DNA of 63,504 nt, filler included, from Octopus bimaculoides (Eukaryota), in assembly GCF_001194135.2 (NCBI RefSeq). It is 4 parts of 3 records of this genome, joined end to end, with 100 filler letters (N's around TTAATTAATTAA, not from the genome) between each part and the next. Parts side by side here need not be neighbours in the genome. Positions count along the whole stretch, not along the records: positions 1 to 31,054 come from NC_069004.1; 3 more parts are not named here. One strand, written 5' to 3'. Below are positions 10,893 through 24,309 of the stretch, one piece after another; the stretch's first letter is position 1; each line of letters opens with the position of its first letter. Below the pieces are notes generated by a model that worked only from the letters and a program-made list of their open reading frames with translations, did not search any database and had not been told where the DNA came from. A program made the position numbers and the translations under genes.

Positions 10893-12462
10893 TGCGTGTG
10901 TGTGATCCGTACTGAACAATAGGAACCTAATATCTTGAAGGCATCTCGGACTCCCTTCATTCGGTTCCTCCGATCCTGATGAGATAGGTTCGATGGACGA
11001 ACTTACAAAACTAAGCTGCATGGGGACGAATCGAATTGCTATTAAGCAATATATGTGTGTATCTGTGTGTGCGCGTGTATGTGAGTCTGTGCGTGCTGAG
11101 TGCATGTAAGTGTGTGTATATGTGTTAGTGTGTATATATGTAAGTTTATATTTGTATATGTACGTGTCTTTGTTTACTTATTCTGAAAAATGCATACATT
11201 ATGCGATATTTTACGGGGATAGGTTTTCGAGACTGTAGCTTACAATTATGTTGATAAAAGTTAGGGAAAGAGAGAAAAGATAATATTTCGGCGGGGAAGA
11301 ATGTTTTGGATTTATTTCATCCTTTGCTTTGTAACCGCCAATCTCCATCATTTTAACACCTATCGTATACTCTTATCAGATTATCTTCTGAAGCATCCGC
11401 ATTTCGTAATCTACGCCTGCGAAAACGTATTTCTGAAAAATGTCATTTAAACTGAGCTGCTACTGACACCGCGCCGCTGTCATCGGTGTCGCCGTCGCCG
11501 CAGTTACCACTTCACCGTTGCCACGGCCTCCGCTGCCGCCTTCAACGTTGCTGTTGCTATCGCTATTGTCGCCAATTTTTGCGCACTTTCGCCGCTGCTA
11601 CCTCGATTCCTTCATCGACTCTTTTGCTACCGTCACTGTAGTCGTTGCTGCTGCTGTCACATTTCTCGCACCTGCTGCCTTAGTCACCACCACCGCCACG
11701 ACCACGACCACCACCATCACCACGACGACGACGACGACGACGACGACCACCACCACCACGACCACCACCACCGCCACCATCACCACGACCACGACCACCA
11801 CTGCCNNNNNNNNNNNNNNNNNNNNNNNNNNNNNNNNNNNNNNNNNNNNNNNNNNNNNNNNNNNNNNNNNNNNNNNNNNNNNNNNNNNNNNNNNNNNNNN
11901 NNNNNNNNNNNNNNNNNNNNNNNNNNNNNNNNNNNNNNNNNNNNNNNNNNNNNNNNNNNNNNNNNNNNNNNNNNNNNNNNNNNNNNNNNNNNNNNNNNNN
12001 NNNNNNNNNNNNNNNNNNNNNNNNNNNNNNNNNNNNNNNNNNNNNNNNNNNNNNNNNNNNNNNNNNNNNNNNNNNNNNNNNNNNNNNNNNNNNNNNNNNN
12101 NNNNNNNNNNNNNNNNNNNNNNNNNNNNNNNNNNNNNNNNNNNNNNNNNNNNNNNNNNNNNNNNNNNNNNNNNNNNNNNNNNNNNNNNNNNNNNNNNNNN
12201 NNNNNNNNNNNNNNNNNNNNNNNNNNNNNNNNNNNNNNNNNNNNNNNNNNNNNNNNNNNNNNNNNNNNNNNNNNNNNNNNNNNNNNNNNNNNNNNNNNNN
12301 NNNNNNNNNNNNNNNNNNNNNNNNNNNNNNNNNNNNNNNNNNNNNNNNNNNNNNNNNNNNNNNNNNNNNNNNNNNNNNNNNNNNNNNNNNNNNNNNNNNN
12401 NNNNNNNNNNNNNNNNNNNNNNNNNNNNNNNNNNNNNNNNNNNNNNNNNNNNNNNNNNNNNN

Positions 12463-12525
<63 letters not shown>

Positions 12526-12694
12526 CAGGTGGTGTGATATACAGAGTCCAACAATACTAAGAAAATAAAGAATATAGCGAGGCTACTTCGTAACTTATTG
12601 TCTTTTCATTACATTCATCGTTCACTGTTCTCTTGCTTTTAACTCTCACCTGAGAATATCAACAGGTGAAGATTGTATGACCACACACACATAC

Positions 12695-12739
<45 letters not shown>

Positions 12740-13036
12740 TATATATATATATATACGTGTGTGTCTGTGTGTATGTGCGTGTGTGTATATATATATGTAT
12801 ATATGTATGTGTGTATGTATGTATGTTTATGTTTCATGTTAGTTTTCATTCATTTTGTTGTTGTTTAGTGTAGTTTTTATAACATTGAATGCTATCATCA
12901 TCATCATCATAATCATCCTCAGTATCACCGTCATCGTCATCATCATCATCATCATTATTGTTACTGGTGTTATTATCATTATTAGTGGTGATATTAGTAT
13001 CAATATTCGTCTTCTTAATATTATTACTGCCAGTGT

Positions 13037-13103
<67 letters not shown>

Positions 13104-13294
13104 GCTACTGCTGCTGCTGCTGCTGCTACTACTGTTACAGTACTACTACTACTGCCAATACCACTACTTCTAGTTCTACTACTACCACTACCACCATCAC
13201 CACTACTACTACCACCACCACCACCACCACCACCACTACCACTACTACTACTCTTCGTTTTCTTCTTCTTCTTCTTCTTCTTCTTCTTCTTCTT

Positions 13295-13325
<31 letters not shown>

Positions 13326-13708
13326 TTATTATTATTATTATTATTATTATCATTATTATCAATATTATTATTATTATTACACTGTTCAACAAAACAATGT
13401 GCAACAGGAAATAACTTTTAGTTCGAAAAACAAGTAACCATTTTTGGTGCTGATTTCAAAGCGTGTCTTCCGGTTTTCCACCAGCGCATACATTTAAAGG
13501 ACGAAAGCGGTTAGTTAGTGTTTTTAATCATTATGTATATTCATCTTATCTTGAAATATTTAACTTTTTTTCATTTGAGCCAAGGTAGGAAACCACATTG
13601 AACAGATTTTAGATGAAAAAACAACAATAAAAAACAATTCTAATACTTACTCTTCTTAAAGTCTGGAATATTGGTCTGTAATATTTGACAATTTTGTAAT
13701 TTCTTTTA

Positions 13709-13871
13709 GCTGAAGAATTGACAAAAATACCTTTGGAAACAATTCAAACTTTGTTCGAGTCCATACCTCATAGAATTCAAGCAGTAATTACTGCCAAAGG
13801 AGGTCCTATCTCATACCAAAATAAATTTGTTTGAAATTTTAAGGTGTTTCCATTATTTAGCCCAAACCCTG
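13709..13871 (+). mobile_element. Tc1-like transposon right end
   Basis: Encodes EELTKIPLETIQTLFESIPHRIQAVITAKGGPISY, the Tc1 C-terminal motif. It ends ...CCAAACCCTG followed by TA. Confidence 0.8.
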
Positions 13872-14580
13872 TATATATAAGCAATAAATTAGATAGAGAG
13901 ATCCAATATGTCAATCCAATAATTCATTTATATCGTAATATAACATAATATACTATGAATATAATATAAAATAACATAAATATTCATTAAAAATCAAGAG
14001 TCAGCAATTTGTTTCGACTTAAATGCATTATTTGATTTATAATACATATCCACTTATATAAGTCACTTCAGATCTTTGGTTTATAGACAGACGAAATTCC
14101 GTGTGAAAGGACTACTGGATTGTAAAAAAATTAATTAAAATACCTATATATTATGAGCGTGAGCGTTATCTTTTCAACTACATAACAGTTACAATTAAAA
14201 AAACAACAAAATAATTAAGTAAATAGAATGTACAACTATCGAAATATATTTCTATATATCTCAAATAAATGATATTAATCTAAATTCGTTTAGGTCGAAA
14301 ACAATTTTTGTTTATTATAATAATATACAGCAACAGTACATAGGTATATAAATTATCAGGGTTTTAATGTAGAGACTGTAATAAGACGTGTAAATAAATC
14401 TAAATGATAATATACTATTATATTGTTAATATATAACAACTCTTCTCTTTTATTTAAAGTTATTGATATAAAAAGAAATTGTTTAAAGTAACTAACAAAA
14501 AAAAAATGTCCTTCATTTATTTAGTTTATCGAAGGGAGAATTCCGTAATAAACATGAAGAGAAACCTTACAGAAAGGTTA

Positions 14581-14964
14581 CTCTTTTACTATTTTAATTG
14601 TTTCAGTCATTTGACTGCGGCCATGCTGGAGCACCACCTTTAGTCGAGCAAATCGACCCCATGACTTTGTAAGCCTATTACTTATTCTAGCGATCCCTTT
14701 TGCCGAACCGCTAAGTTACGGGGACGTAAACACACCAGCATCGGTTGTCAAGCGATGGTGGGGAGACAAACAAAGACACAAACATATACACACACATACA
14801 TACACATATAAGACGGGCTTTCAGTTTCTGTCTACCAAATCCACTCACAAAGCTTTGGTCGGCCCGAGGCTATAGAAGAAGACACTTGCTCAAGGTGCCA
14901 CGCAGTGGGACTGAACCCGGAACCATGTGGTTGGTAAGGAAGCTACTTACCACACAGCCACTCC
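14581..14964 (-). mobile_element. SINE family A, full length
   Basis: Reverse complement of the copy at 2421-2907. Confidence 0.9.
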
Positions 14965-15150
14965 TACGCCTTTATTTACTTAATATATTGGAGGGAGAAT
15001 TCCGTAATAAATATGAAGATAAACTTAGAGCTATAATAACTACAACTTATATTACCCCATAGATATAGAGTTAAGCTACAATAGCGGATGTCAAAATATT
15101 AATAGTTTTTCAGAAGTAACCAGTTTGAAGTTACTTAAATAAAGATTATT

Positions 15151-15506
15151 CACATGGTTCCAGATTCATTCCCACTGCGTGACACCTTGGGCAAGTGTCT
15201 TCTACTATAGCCTCGGGTCGACCAGAGCCTTGTGAGTGGATTTGGTAGACGGAAACTGAAAGAAGCCTGTCGTATATATGTATGTGTGTGTATATGTTTG
15301 TGTGTCTGTGTTTGTCCTCCCAACGTCGCTTGACAACCGATGGTGGTGTGTTTACGTCCGCGTAACTTAGCGGTTCGGCAAAAGAGACTGGTAGAATAAG
15401 TACTAGGCTTACAAAGTATAAGTCCTGGGGTCGATTTGCTCGACTAAAGGCGGTGCTCCAGCATGGCCGCAGTCAAATGACTGAAACAAGTAAAAGAGTA
15501 AAAGAG
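15151..15506 (+). mobile_element. SINE family A, near full length (lacks the first ~35 nt)
   Basis: CACATGGTTCC...GCAGTCAAATGACTGAAACAAGTAAAAGAGTAAAAGAG. Confidence 0.9.
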
Positions 15507-15779
15507 TAACTAACAAGTAAATGTCCCTATATTCGTATATTATGGAAGGGAGAGCTCAATGAATAAAATAAAGTAAGATAAACAAAAGCAAGGATTGAAG
15601 ACTGATCCTGATAAATTTAATATTATTTTTTAGATAAAGGACTATAAATACTGTATATCCAAATTTCGTTAACTCTTTCACAAGTAACAAAATTATATTG
15701 TAGTAATAAGAATACAAATTATAAACTATACACTACTATAATAATTAAAATTTAGTTAGTAAGTCAAATAAAACTATTC

Positions 15780-15846
<67 letters not shown>

Positions 15847-16399
15847 AATAATAATGATAATAAATCAAATTAATGTATTTATACAAAAAAAATTAGTATA
15901 ATGAAGGCATCTTATTTGTAATATGCAATTAANNNNNNNNNNNNNNNNNNNNNNNNNNNNNNNNNNNNNNNNNNNNNNNNNNNNNNNNNNNNNNNNNNNN
16001 NNNNNNNNNNNNNNNNNNNNNNNNNNNNNNNNNNNNNNNNNNNNNNNNNNNNNNNNNNNNNNNNNNNNNNNNNNNNNNNNNNNNNNNNNNNNNNNNNNNN
16101 NNNNNNNNNNNNNNNNNNNNNNNNNNNNNNNNNNNNNNNNNNNNNNNNNNNNNNNNNNNNNNNNNNNNNNNNNNNNNNNNNNNNNNNNNNNNNNNNNNNN
16201 NNNNNNNNNNNNNNNNNNNNNNNNNNNNNNNNNNNNNNNNNNNNNNNNNNNNNNNNNNNNNNNNNNNNNNNNNNNNNNNNNNNNNNNNNNNNNNNNNNNN
16301 NNNNNNNNNNNNNNNNNNNNNNNNNNNNNNNNNNNNNNNNNNNNNNNNNNNNNNNNNNNNNNNNNNNNNNNNNNNNNNNNNNNNNNNNNNNNNNNNNNN

Positions 16400-16444
<45 letters not shown>

Positions 16445-17084
16445 GCACACATATATATACACACTCACATGCATATATGCAATATTTAAAAAAACCGGTA
16501 ATTTTTAATGTTTGTGATATTCAAATTTAGAATCTTCTTTATTGCCGAAAATCTTGATTTATTGCAGAAGCAGTTCGATAAAATTGATGAAAAATCTAGA
16601 AAAAATATCTAAAAAATTGGATTTGCAATTAGTTTGTTATGTAATGAGACAGGTTAGGTCTCTATTATTGATCAGTTCGATCATCTTGGATAGTTTCATT
16701 GTTTAATGCATTTTATCTTTCTCTTTAGATATCAAAATCGAACGAAGAATTTTTTCCAAGACAAATCATCTTCCCTTCATTTTTCAACCGAACATAAACT
16801 CGAATATCGACACTCTTTTGGAAATTATCTGCATGAAAATAATCTATGCAATATCTGTCTGACTATCTGTCTGATCAATCAATCAATCAACCAATCAATC
16901 AATCAATTAATCTCTATTACTCTACGTATGTATGTATGTATGTATGTATGTATGTATGTATGTATGTATGTATCTATCTATCTATCTATCTATACATACA
17001 TACATATATACATATATTTCTTTCTTTCCCCGCTATCTATTTATGTATCTATTTATCTATTTAGTTCTCTCCCTCTCTTTCTCC

Positions 17085-17124
<40 letters not shown>

Positions 17125-17261
17125 ATCAATCTCAGTCATTCATACGTTCATACGCTCCTTAGATATTTTCGATTGTGCTTGCGCGCACGACAGAGATTCG
17201 TTGAATTAATAGTGACGTCACAGTAGAGCAGACAGACATACAGACGTACACAAACACTGAA

Positions 17262-17297
<36 letters not shown>

Positions 17298-17307
17298 ACA
17301 CACACAT

Positions 17308-17341
<34 letters not shown>

Positions 17342-18324
17342 GCACACATATATGAATATACACCGATTCCTGTAATCGAATGGTACGTCGTTTATCTACC
17401 TCTAAAGGATTAAATTTAAATATTTGAAAGTCAACTTCAATGGAATTTTAACCCAAAAGGTACTGAATCGAAAGAAATAATGCTAAGCATTTTTTGCAAC
17501 TCTGTGACAATTCTCCCAATTCGCCACTTTTTANNNNNNNNNNNNNNNNNNNNNNNNNNNNNNNNNNNNNNNNNNNNNNNNNNNNNNNNNNNNNNNNNNN
17601 NNNNNNNNNNNNNNNNNNNNNNNNNNNNNNNNNNNNNNNNNNNNNNNNNNNNNNNNNNNNNNNNNNNNNNNNNNNNNNNNNNNNNNNNNNNNNNNNNNNN
17701 NNNNNNNNNNNNNNNNNNNNNNNNNNNNNNNNNNNNNNNNNNNNNNNNNNNNNNNNNNNNNNNNNNNNNNNNNNNNNNNNNNNNNNNNNNNNNNNNNNNN
17801 NNNNNNNNNNNNNNNNNNNNNNNNNNNNNNNNNNNNNNNNNNNNNNNNNNNNNNNNNNNNNNNNNNNNNNNNNNNNNNNNNNNNNNNNNNNNNNNNNNNN
17901 NNNNNNNNNNNNNNNNNNNNNNNNNNNNNNNNNNNNNNNNNNNNNNNNNNNNNNNNNNNNNNNNNNNNNNNNNNNNNNNNNNNNNNNNNNNNNNNNNNNN
18001 NNNNNNNNNNNNNNNNNNNNNNNNNNNNNNNNNNNNNNNNNNNNNNNNNNNNNNNNNNNNNNNNNNNNNNNNNNNNNNNNNNNNNNNNNNNNNNNNNNNN
18101 NNNNNNNNNNNNNNNNNNNNNNNNNNNNNNNNNNNNNNNNNNNNNNNNNNNNNNNNNNNNNNNNNNNNNNNNNNNNNNNNNNNNNNNNNNNNNNNNNNNN
18201 NNNNNNNNNNNNNNNNNNNNNNNNNNNNNNNNNNNNNNNNNNNNNNNNNNNNNNNNNNNNNNNNNNNNNNNNNNNNNNNNNNNNNNNNNNNNNNNNNNNN
18301 NNNNNNNNNNNNNNNNNNNNNNNN

Positions 18325-18376
<52 letters not shown>

Positions 18377-18394
18377 AATAATGATAATAATAAT

Positions 18395-18484
<90 letters not shown>

Positions 18485-18493
18485 AATAATAAT

Positions 18494-18544
<51 letters not shown>

Positions 18545-19051
18545 TTCATTAGCCACCAGGGCGAAGGATGAAGGGGACAATACAAAGACAGACATGAAGT
18601 GTAGGGGTTCACATATAATGAAATAATAAAATAAATAAATAAATAAATAAATAGATAAATAAATAGAAAATAACAACAGCAGTAACTAACTGTGCCACTA
18701 ACAGTTACTATTGCAATACATATGAATCTATTGCAATACGTATGAATCTATTCATTAATTCCGTGTATATAGCGGTGATGTTGTTTTGTGCAAACTCAAT
18801 GTGAGGTGACATCGATAAAGAAGGAAATGTGACAACGCAGGAGAAGTTTTGAAAGAAGTAATTACAGCTGCGATGTACATATGTGTTTGGCAATGTGTAT
18901 GAACATCAATGGATGTATGTCCATACATAGATGCATACATAGATACATAGATAGATAGATACATACATACATACATACATATGTGCGTGTGTACTTGCGT
19001 ACATACATGTATAAGTAAATATAATAGAAATTATTTATGTATGTACATATA

Positions 19052-19132
<81 letters not shown>

Positions 19133-19149
19133 GTATATATGTATATATG

Positions 19150-19186
<37 letters not shown>

Positions 19187-19340
19187 GTATATGTATATAT
19201 GCATACACATATATACACATACATACACTCACACACTCTGATACGCACATACATATATGCACATATATATGTATATGTGTACGCATATATGTTAGAATGT
19301 ATTTACGTATGTATGCATGTATGCAGGCATATATGCATGT

Positions 19341-19448
<108 letters not shown>

Positions 19449-19736
19449 ATGTGCACGTGCATTCAAGTACATATATCAATGTGATTGGCAATGGATGGGT
19501 GTGTTGGTATACTTGTCTACGAGAGAAAATGATTTTGTAAATTTAATTCCTTCGCCAAACGTAGTAAATACCGTAAAAGACCTATCTCGACCTCGGTGTC
19601 ACCGTATCAGTGTTGCCATTTCAACAACATTATGCCTAACATGCTTGCTACGATGTCTGGGAGTGTGTCTCGTCTTCGTACGTAACAGTGTGTAAACGAG
19701 AACATAAACCTGATTGGAAATGGCAGCTTTCGTTTG

Positions 19737-19967
19737 GTATCAACGTAATGCCGTGCTACAAGTCAAAGCTAATTAGATATTTCGAAGATTATGTAGTGAC
19801 AACCGTAAGAAAAGTCCATTAGCACTTAAAAGGGGATGAAAAGTATTAATTTAGCAACATAGTAGTCCGATCTATTGAAAGTAGAGTCTAATTGATATAT
19901 GTAGCTAGTATTATCAGCAACACCGCCGTTTTTATTGTTGTTGTTGTTATTATTGTTATTATTATTA

Positions 19968-20037
<70 letters not shown>

Positions 20038-20576
20038 GTGATCCTATGGGTTTTGTCTTGTGAATTTGTCACTTAAAATGGAGGAAATAGCTCTTGTTAG
20101 GTGATAATATTTTAGAAGACAATTCCCAGACAGGATTTCATTTGTGAACTAAACCTCTAGCTCGGTTTTAACCAGGAAGTGGATGGCGCTAGCAGCAGAA
20201 TCGTTCTCAGNNNNNNNNNNNNNNNNNNNNNNNNNNNNNNNNNNNNNNNNNNNNNNNNNNNNNNNNNNNNNNNNNNNNNNNNNNNNNNNNNNNNNNNNNN
20301 NNNNNNNNNNNNNNNNNNNNNNNNNNNNNNNNNNNNNNNNNNNNNNNNNNNNNNNNNNGTATCAACGTAATGCCGTGCTACAAGTCAAAGCTAATTAGAT
20401 ATTTCGAAGATTATGTAGTGACAACCGTAAGAAAAGTCCATTAGCACTTAAAAGGGGATGAAAAGTATTAATTTAGCAACATAGTAGTCCGATCTATTGA
20501 AAGTAGAGTCTAATTGATATATGTAGCTAGTATTATCAGCAACACCGCCGTTTTTATTGTTGTTGTTGTTATTATT
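19737..20576 (+). repeat. About 215-bp near-identical direct duplication (19737-19954 and 20359-20576) across a gap
   Basis: GTATCAACGTAATGCCGTGC...CACCGCCGTTTTTATTGTTG is present twice. The second copy starts at a gap edge, so an assembly overlap is likely. Confidence 0.85.
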
Positions 20577-20579
20577 ATT

Positions 20580-21063
20580 CCTTCGTAACACAGAGTAGGT
20601 AAAAATGTACCGGAATCTTTAGTCATCTGTCAAGTCACAACAAGGACCTTAAGCAGATGAGACTTTCCTTAAGATGTGCGCTGTGCCCAATAAGGCTGCT
20701 TTTTGCAAGACATCAATCTTGCATGGGATTTCCAGTTGCCTTAAGAAGTCTTGAAGTTTCAATGGGATTGAGCCCAACGCTCTGATCATCACTAGTATCA
20801 CTTTTACATTACCGACTCGTATTCCATACAATCTTGCCATTTCCACTTTCAATTCGGAATACTTAGTGATTTTTTTCAACCTCCACTCACAACATTCATG
20901 TCGTTTGGTATGGCTACATCAATAATCTGACAGTATTTGTCTCTCTTACTTAATATGATAATATCCGACCGACGGTGTTCGAGCATACGATCCGTCTGAA
21001 AATCAAAGTCACGGAGCATCGTTACTTTTCCCTCTTCCTGCATAACTTTACTTGCTACATACC
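20580..21063 (-). mobile_element. R4/Dong-like non-LTR retrotransposon 3' fragment (REL endonuclease)
   Basis: KY.EL..E.ARL......VI.V.I.ALGSIP...LQKAALLGTAHILRKV C-terminus, preceded by ML.DFDFQTD..LEHRR.DI. Flanked by (TTA)n on the plus strand. Confidence 0.85.
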
Positions 21064-21084
21064 AGTTATTATTATTATTATTGT

Positions 21085-22299
21085 TCAGTAGTTTTATTTT
21101 TATAACGTGCTTTCACTTCACTACCGAGCGCAGCTCTGTGCGCCTTGGATATGTGCTGTGGTTTGCTGTGGTGCTCTTATGTTTACTGTATTGAAAGTGT
21201 TTTGCGTAGAATGTGTACAGTACCCAGTAGTGCAATTTTCTGTATGTTATATATATTTGTAAGTCCTGGTATTTTTGTTATGTATTTGTCTGAATATTTT
21301 TTTATTATACCTAAGGCACCTACTATGATAGGAATTGTTTCTGTTTTTAGATTCCACATTCGAGTTATCTCTATTTCCAGGTCTTTGTATTNNNNNNNNN
21401 NNNNNNNNNNNNNNNNNNNNNNNNNNNNNNNNNNNNNNNNNNNNNNNNNNNNNNNNNNNNNNNNNNNNNNNNNNNNNNNNNNNNNNNNNNNNNNNNNNNN
21501 NNNNNNNNNNNNNNNNNNNNNNNNNNNNNNNNNNNNNNNNNNNNNNNNNNNNNNNNNNNNNNNNTATTCCATAGTGTTGGCATAGCTTCCAGTGTATATA
21601 GGTCCCAGCTCTGTCGTGTCTGTGAATATATTCCTTCTTAGCCAGGACTGGGCAGCCAGAGATAATATGATTTATTGTTTCTTGTCGATCTCCACATATT
21701 CTACAGTTACTTGTTATATTTCTTTTCATTATGTGTTTTTGGTAATTTCTGGTGAGGAGGCTCTGGTCTTGTGCAGCAATTCAAAATCCTTCAGTCTCTG
21801 CTTTGAGTCCTGAGCTTCTCAGCCATTGCTGGGATTTTTCTCTGTCTATTTCTTTCGCATTTAGTTTAGCCCAATATTTACCATGTAGGGGCTTTTCTTG
21901 CCATCGTTTTATCATGGTCCCCTCATTATTATTATTATTATTTCTTTTTATCTCAAGCATTGTTGGAACTCCTGGACTCTTACATGTGTAGCGGGCTTGC
22001 TGCCGGCAGCCTACGGTACCATGCTATCTATTCTTTTCAACTATCTGATACTTTCCTGATTATTCTGGCCGTAACAGTTCTTTCTTCTGCAACAGATCTT
22101 TCTACTGGGCACTCTATTCCAATCTCCTTTATATTCTTCTTGATGCCTTCTGGTACTGTCCCCAGGGACCCAACAATAATTGGTACTATCTTCCCATTCT
22201 TCATTTTCCATAGCCGGGTTATTTCGTACCTAAGAGGGTTGTATTTATCTATTTTTTTGCTTTCCTTCTTGACTATTCATGGGTCAAAGAGACAGGCAG

Positions 22300-22300
<1 letters not shown>
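21085..22300 (-). mobile_element. R4/Dong-like LINE, 5'-truncated (thumb, CCHC knuckle, REL)
   Basis: LKAETEG...AAQDQ, CRICGDRQETINHIISGCPVLAKKEYIHRHD and YKDLEIEITRMWNLKTETIPIIVGALG. Both ends abut (AAT)n. Confidence 0.9.
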
Positions 22301-22341
<41 letters not shown>

Positions 22342-22734
22342 GATCATCATCATCATTAACGTTGACGTCATAAGAGCTTATAAACTTCGAAAGAATGTGA
22401 AATAATTAATTCCTTTTGGGATCGGTGTATCTCGAGCAGATAAGCTATAAATATTAGGGCGTAAATATTATGACGTCAACAACAAATAATTCTCATTAGT
22501 AAGAATAAAGCTTTTAAAACGGATAGAGAAATTTGAAGGATTGCTTTTGTTCAATGGCAGAATTTATATTTACAGGAGACGTGAGTTCGAGCCCCACATT
22601 CAGCATTCGACCCTTTCTATCACAAGGGTTTTCCAATTCAATATTTACATGCTGTTATTTACAGTCGTATGTGCTTCGGTAAATGAGGTCAATTTTTTTT
22701 TCTGGATCAGTGGATCTCGAAGCAGAGAGGCTAT

Positions 22735-22870
22735 AAATAATCCTTTCTACTGGAAGCACAAGGCCTCAAAGTCGACCCAGGCGGAATTTGATCTCAGAAC
22801 GTGAAGACGGACGAAATGCCGGTAAGCATTTTGCCCAGCACACTAACGATTCTGCCACCACACCACCTTC

Positions 22871-22913
<43 letters not shown>

Positions 22914-23019
22914 TAATAATGATAATAATAGTAACAATAATAATAATGATAATAATAATAATAATACTACTAATAATAATAATATTTAATAATAATAATA
23001 ATGATAATAATAATAATAA

Positions 23020-23112
<93 letters not shown>

Positions 23113-23600
23113 GCTGAAGTAAAACCAAATATATAGTGCGTGTGTGTAATTGGAAAAATATGACTATCCCCAAATATCACGTTATCTACATTTCAACAAT
23201 TGAACTTTGAAACTTCTATTTTTCATTACATTTCAGAGAAATTTAGCGTTGAGTTGCTGAAGCAGAAATATCGTTATAGAACATTTTCTGCTCAATACCA
23301 CGGATTTGCTTGACCATAACCACATAAGCATCTCCGTTAGGAGCTGACAATATGTGCATCTCTGAAAAGGCGACGAGCTGGCAGAAGCGTTAGCACTCTG
23401 GGCGAAATGCTTAGCGATATTTCGTTTGCCGTTATGCTCTGAGTTCAAATTCCGCCGAGGTCGACTTTGCCTTTCATCCTTTCGGGGTCGATGAAATAAG
23501 TACCAGTTACGCACTGGAGTCGATGTAATCGACTTAATCCCTTTGTCTGTCCTTGTTTGTCCCCTTCTATGTTTAGCCCCCTGCAATAAAGAAATAAATA
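22735..23600. mobile_element. SINE family B copies at about 22735-22862 (-) and 23366-23600 (+)
   Basis: AAGGCGACGAGCTGGCAGAAGCGTTAGCAC...GAGTTCAAATTCCGCCGAGGTCGACTTTGCCTTTCATCC motif and its reverse complement. Confidence 0.85.
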
Positions 23601-24240
23601 TGTGCATCTCTGATCATGAGCAGGAATAGGGGTGAGCTTTATAGCCATGTGCTGAGAAGGATTCCTTGGGGTTTTGAAAAAATGTAACAAATGCAAAGTT
23701 TGAAGGAAATATTAGCCATTTTCCATACTTTCTAGGGATAAGCAGATAGGAAATAAGCGTTGTTAATCAAGGACAGAAATCATGTTACATGAGTAAATTA
23801 GCCGTGACCGGGTTCACCACCTGAGGATTTCAGATAGAAGGGGAAAAAATCATACGAGACAATCGTTATTTGAAAGAAATTAATGCAGAAAACCTGCATC
23901 AACTTACGCTTCGAAGTGTGGACTCTGTATTAAATTTTATATCATGTATAATCTATTTTATTATTATTTTCTTTTTAAACTTTATGATATACGCATCGCA
24001 TTTTACGAACTCATTAGCGACCTCATTTTAGCAGTAGGCTAAACAGAACAACCTCAATCACTGCAGTGAACGTCAGATATTTGGTTACTCTGTGTGTTGA
24101 ATTCATCGAAGTAAAGTGCTTACGTCCGGATATCAGGCCAACTCTATAATGGATTCTAATGAATTCTCATTCTCTTTGCTTTCTACTAAAGTGCAAAAGT
24201 GAAAAATATTGTTACGGGCATTTTATACTGCGCACGCACG

Positions 24241-24309
<69 letters not shown>

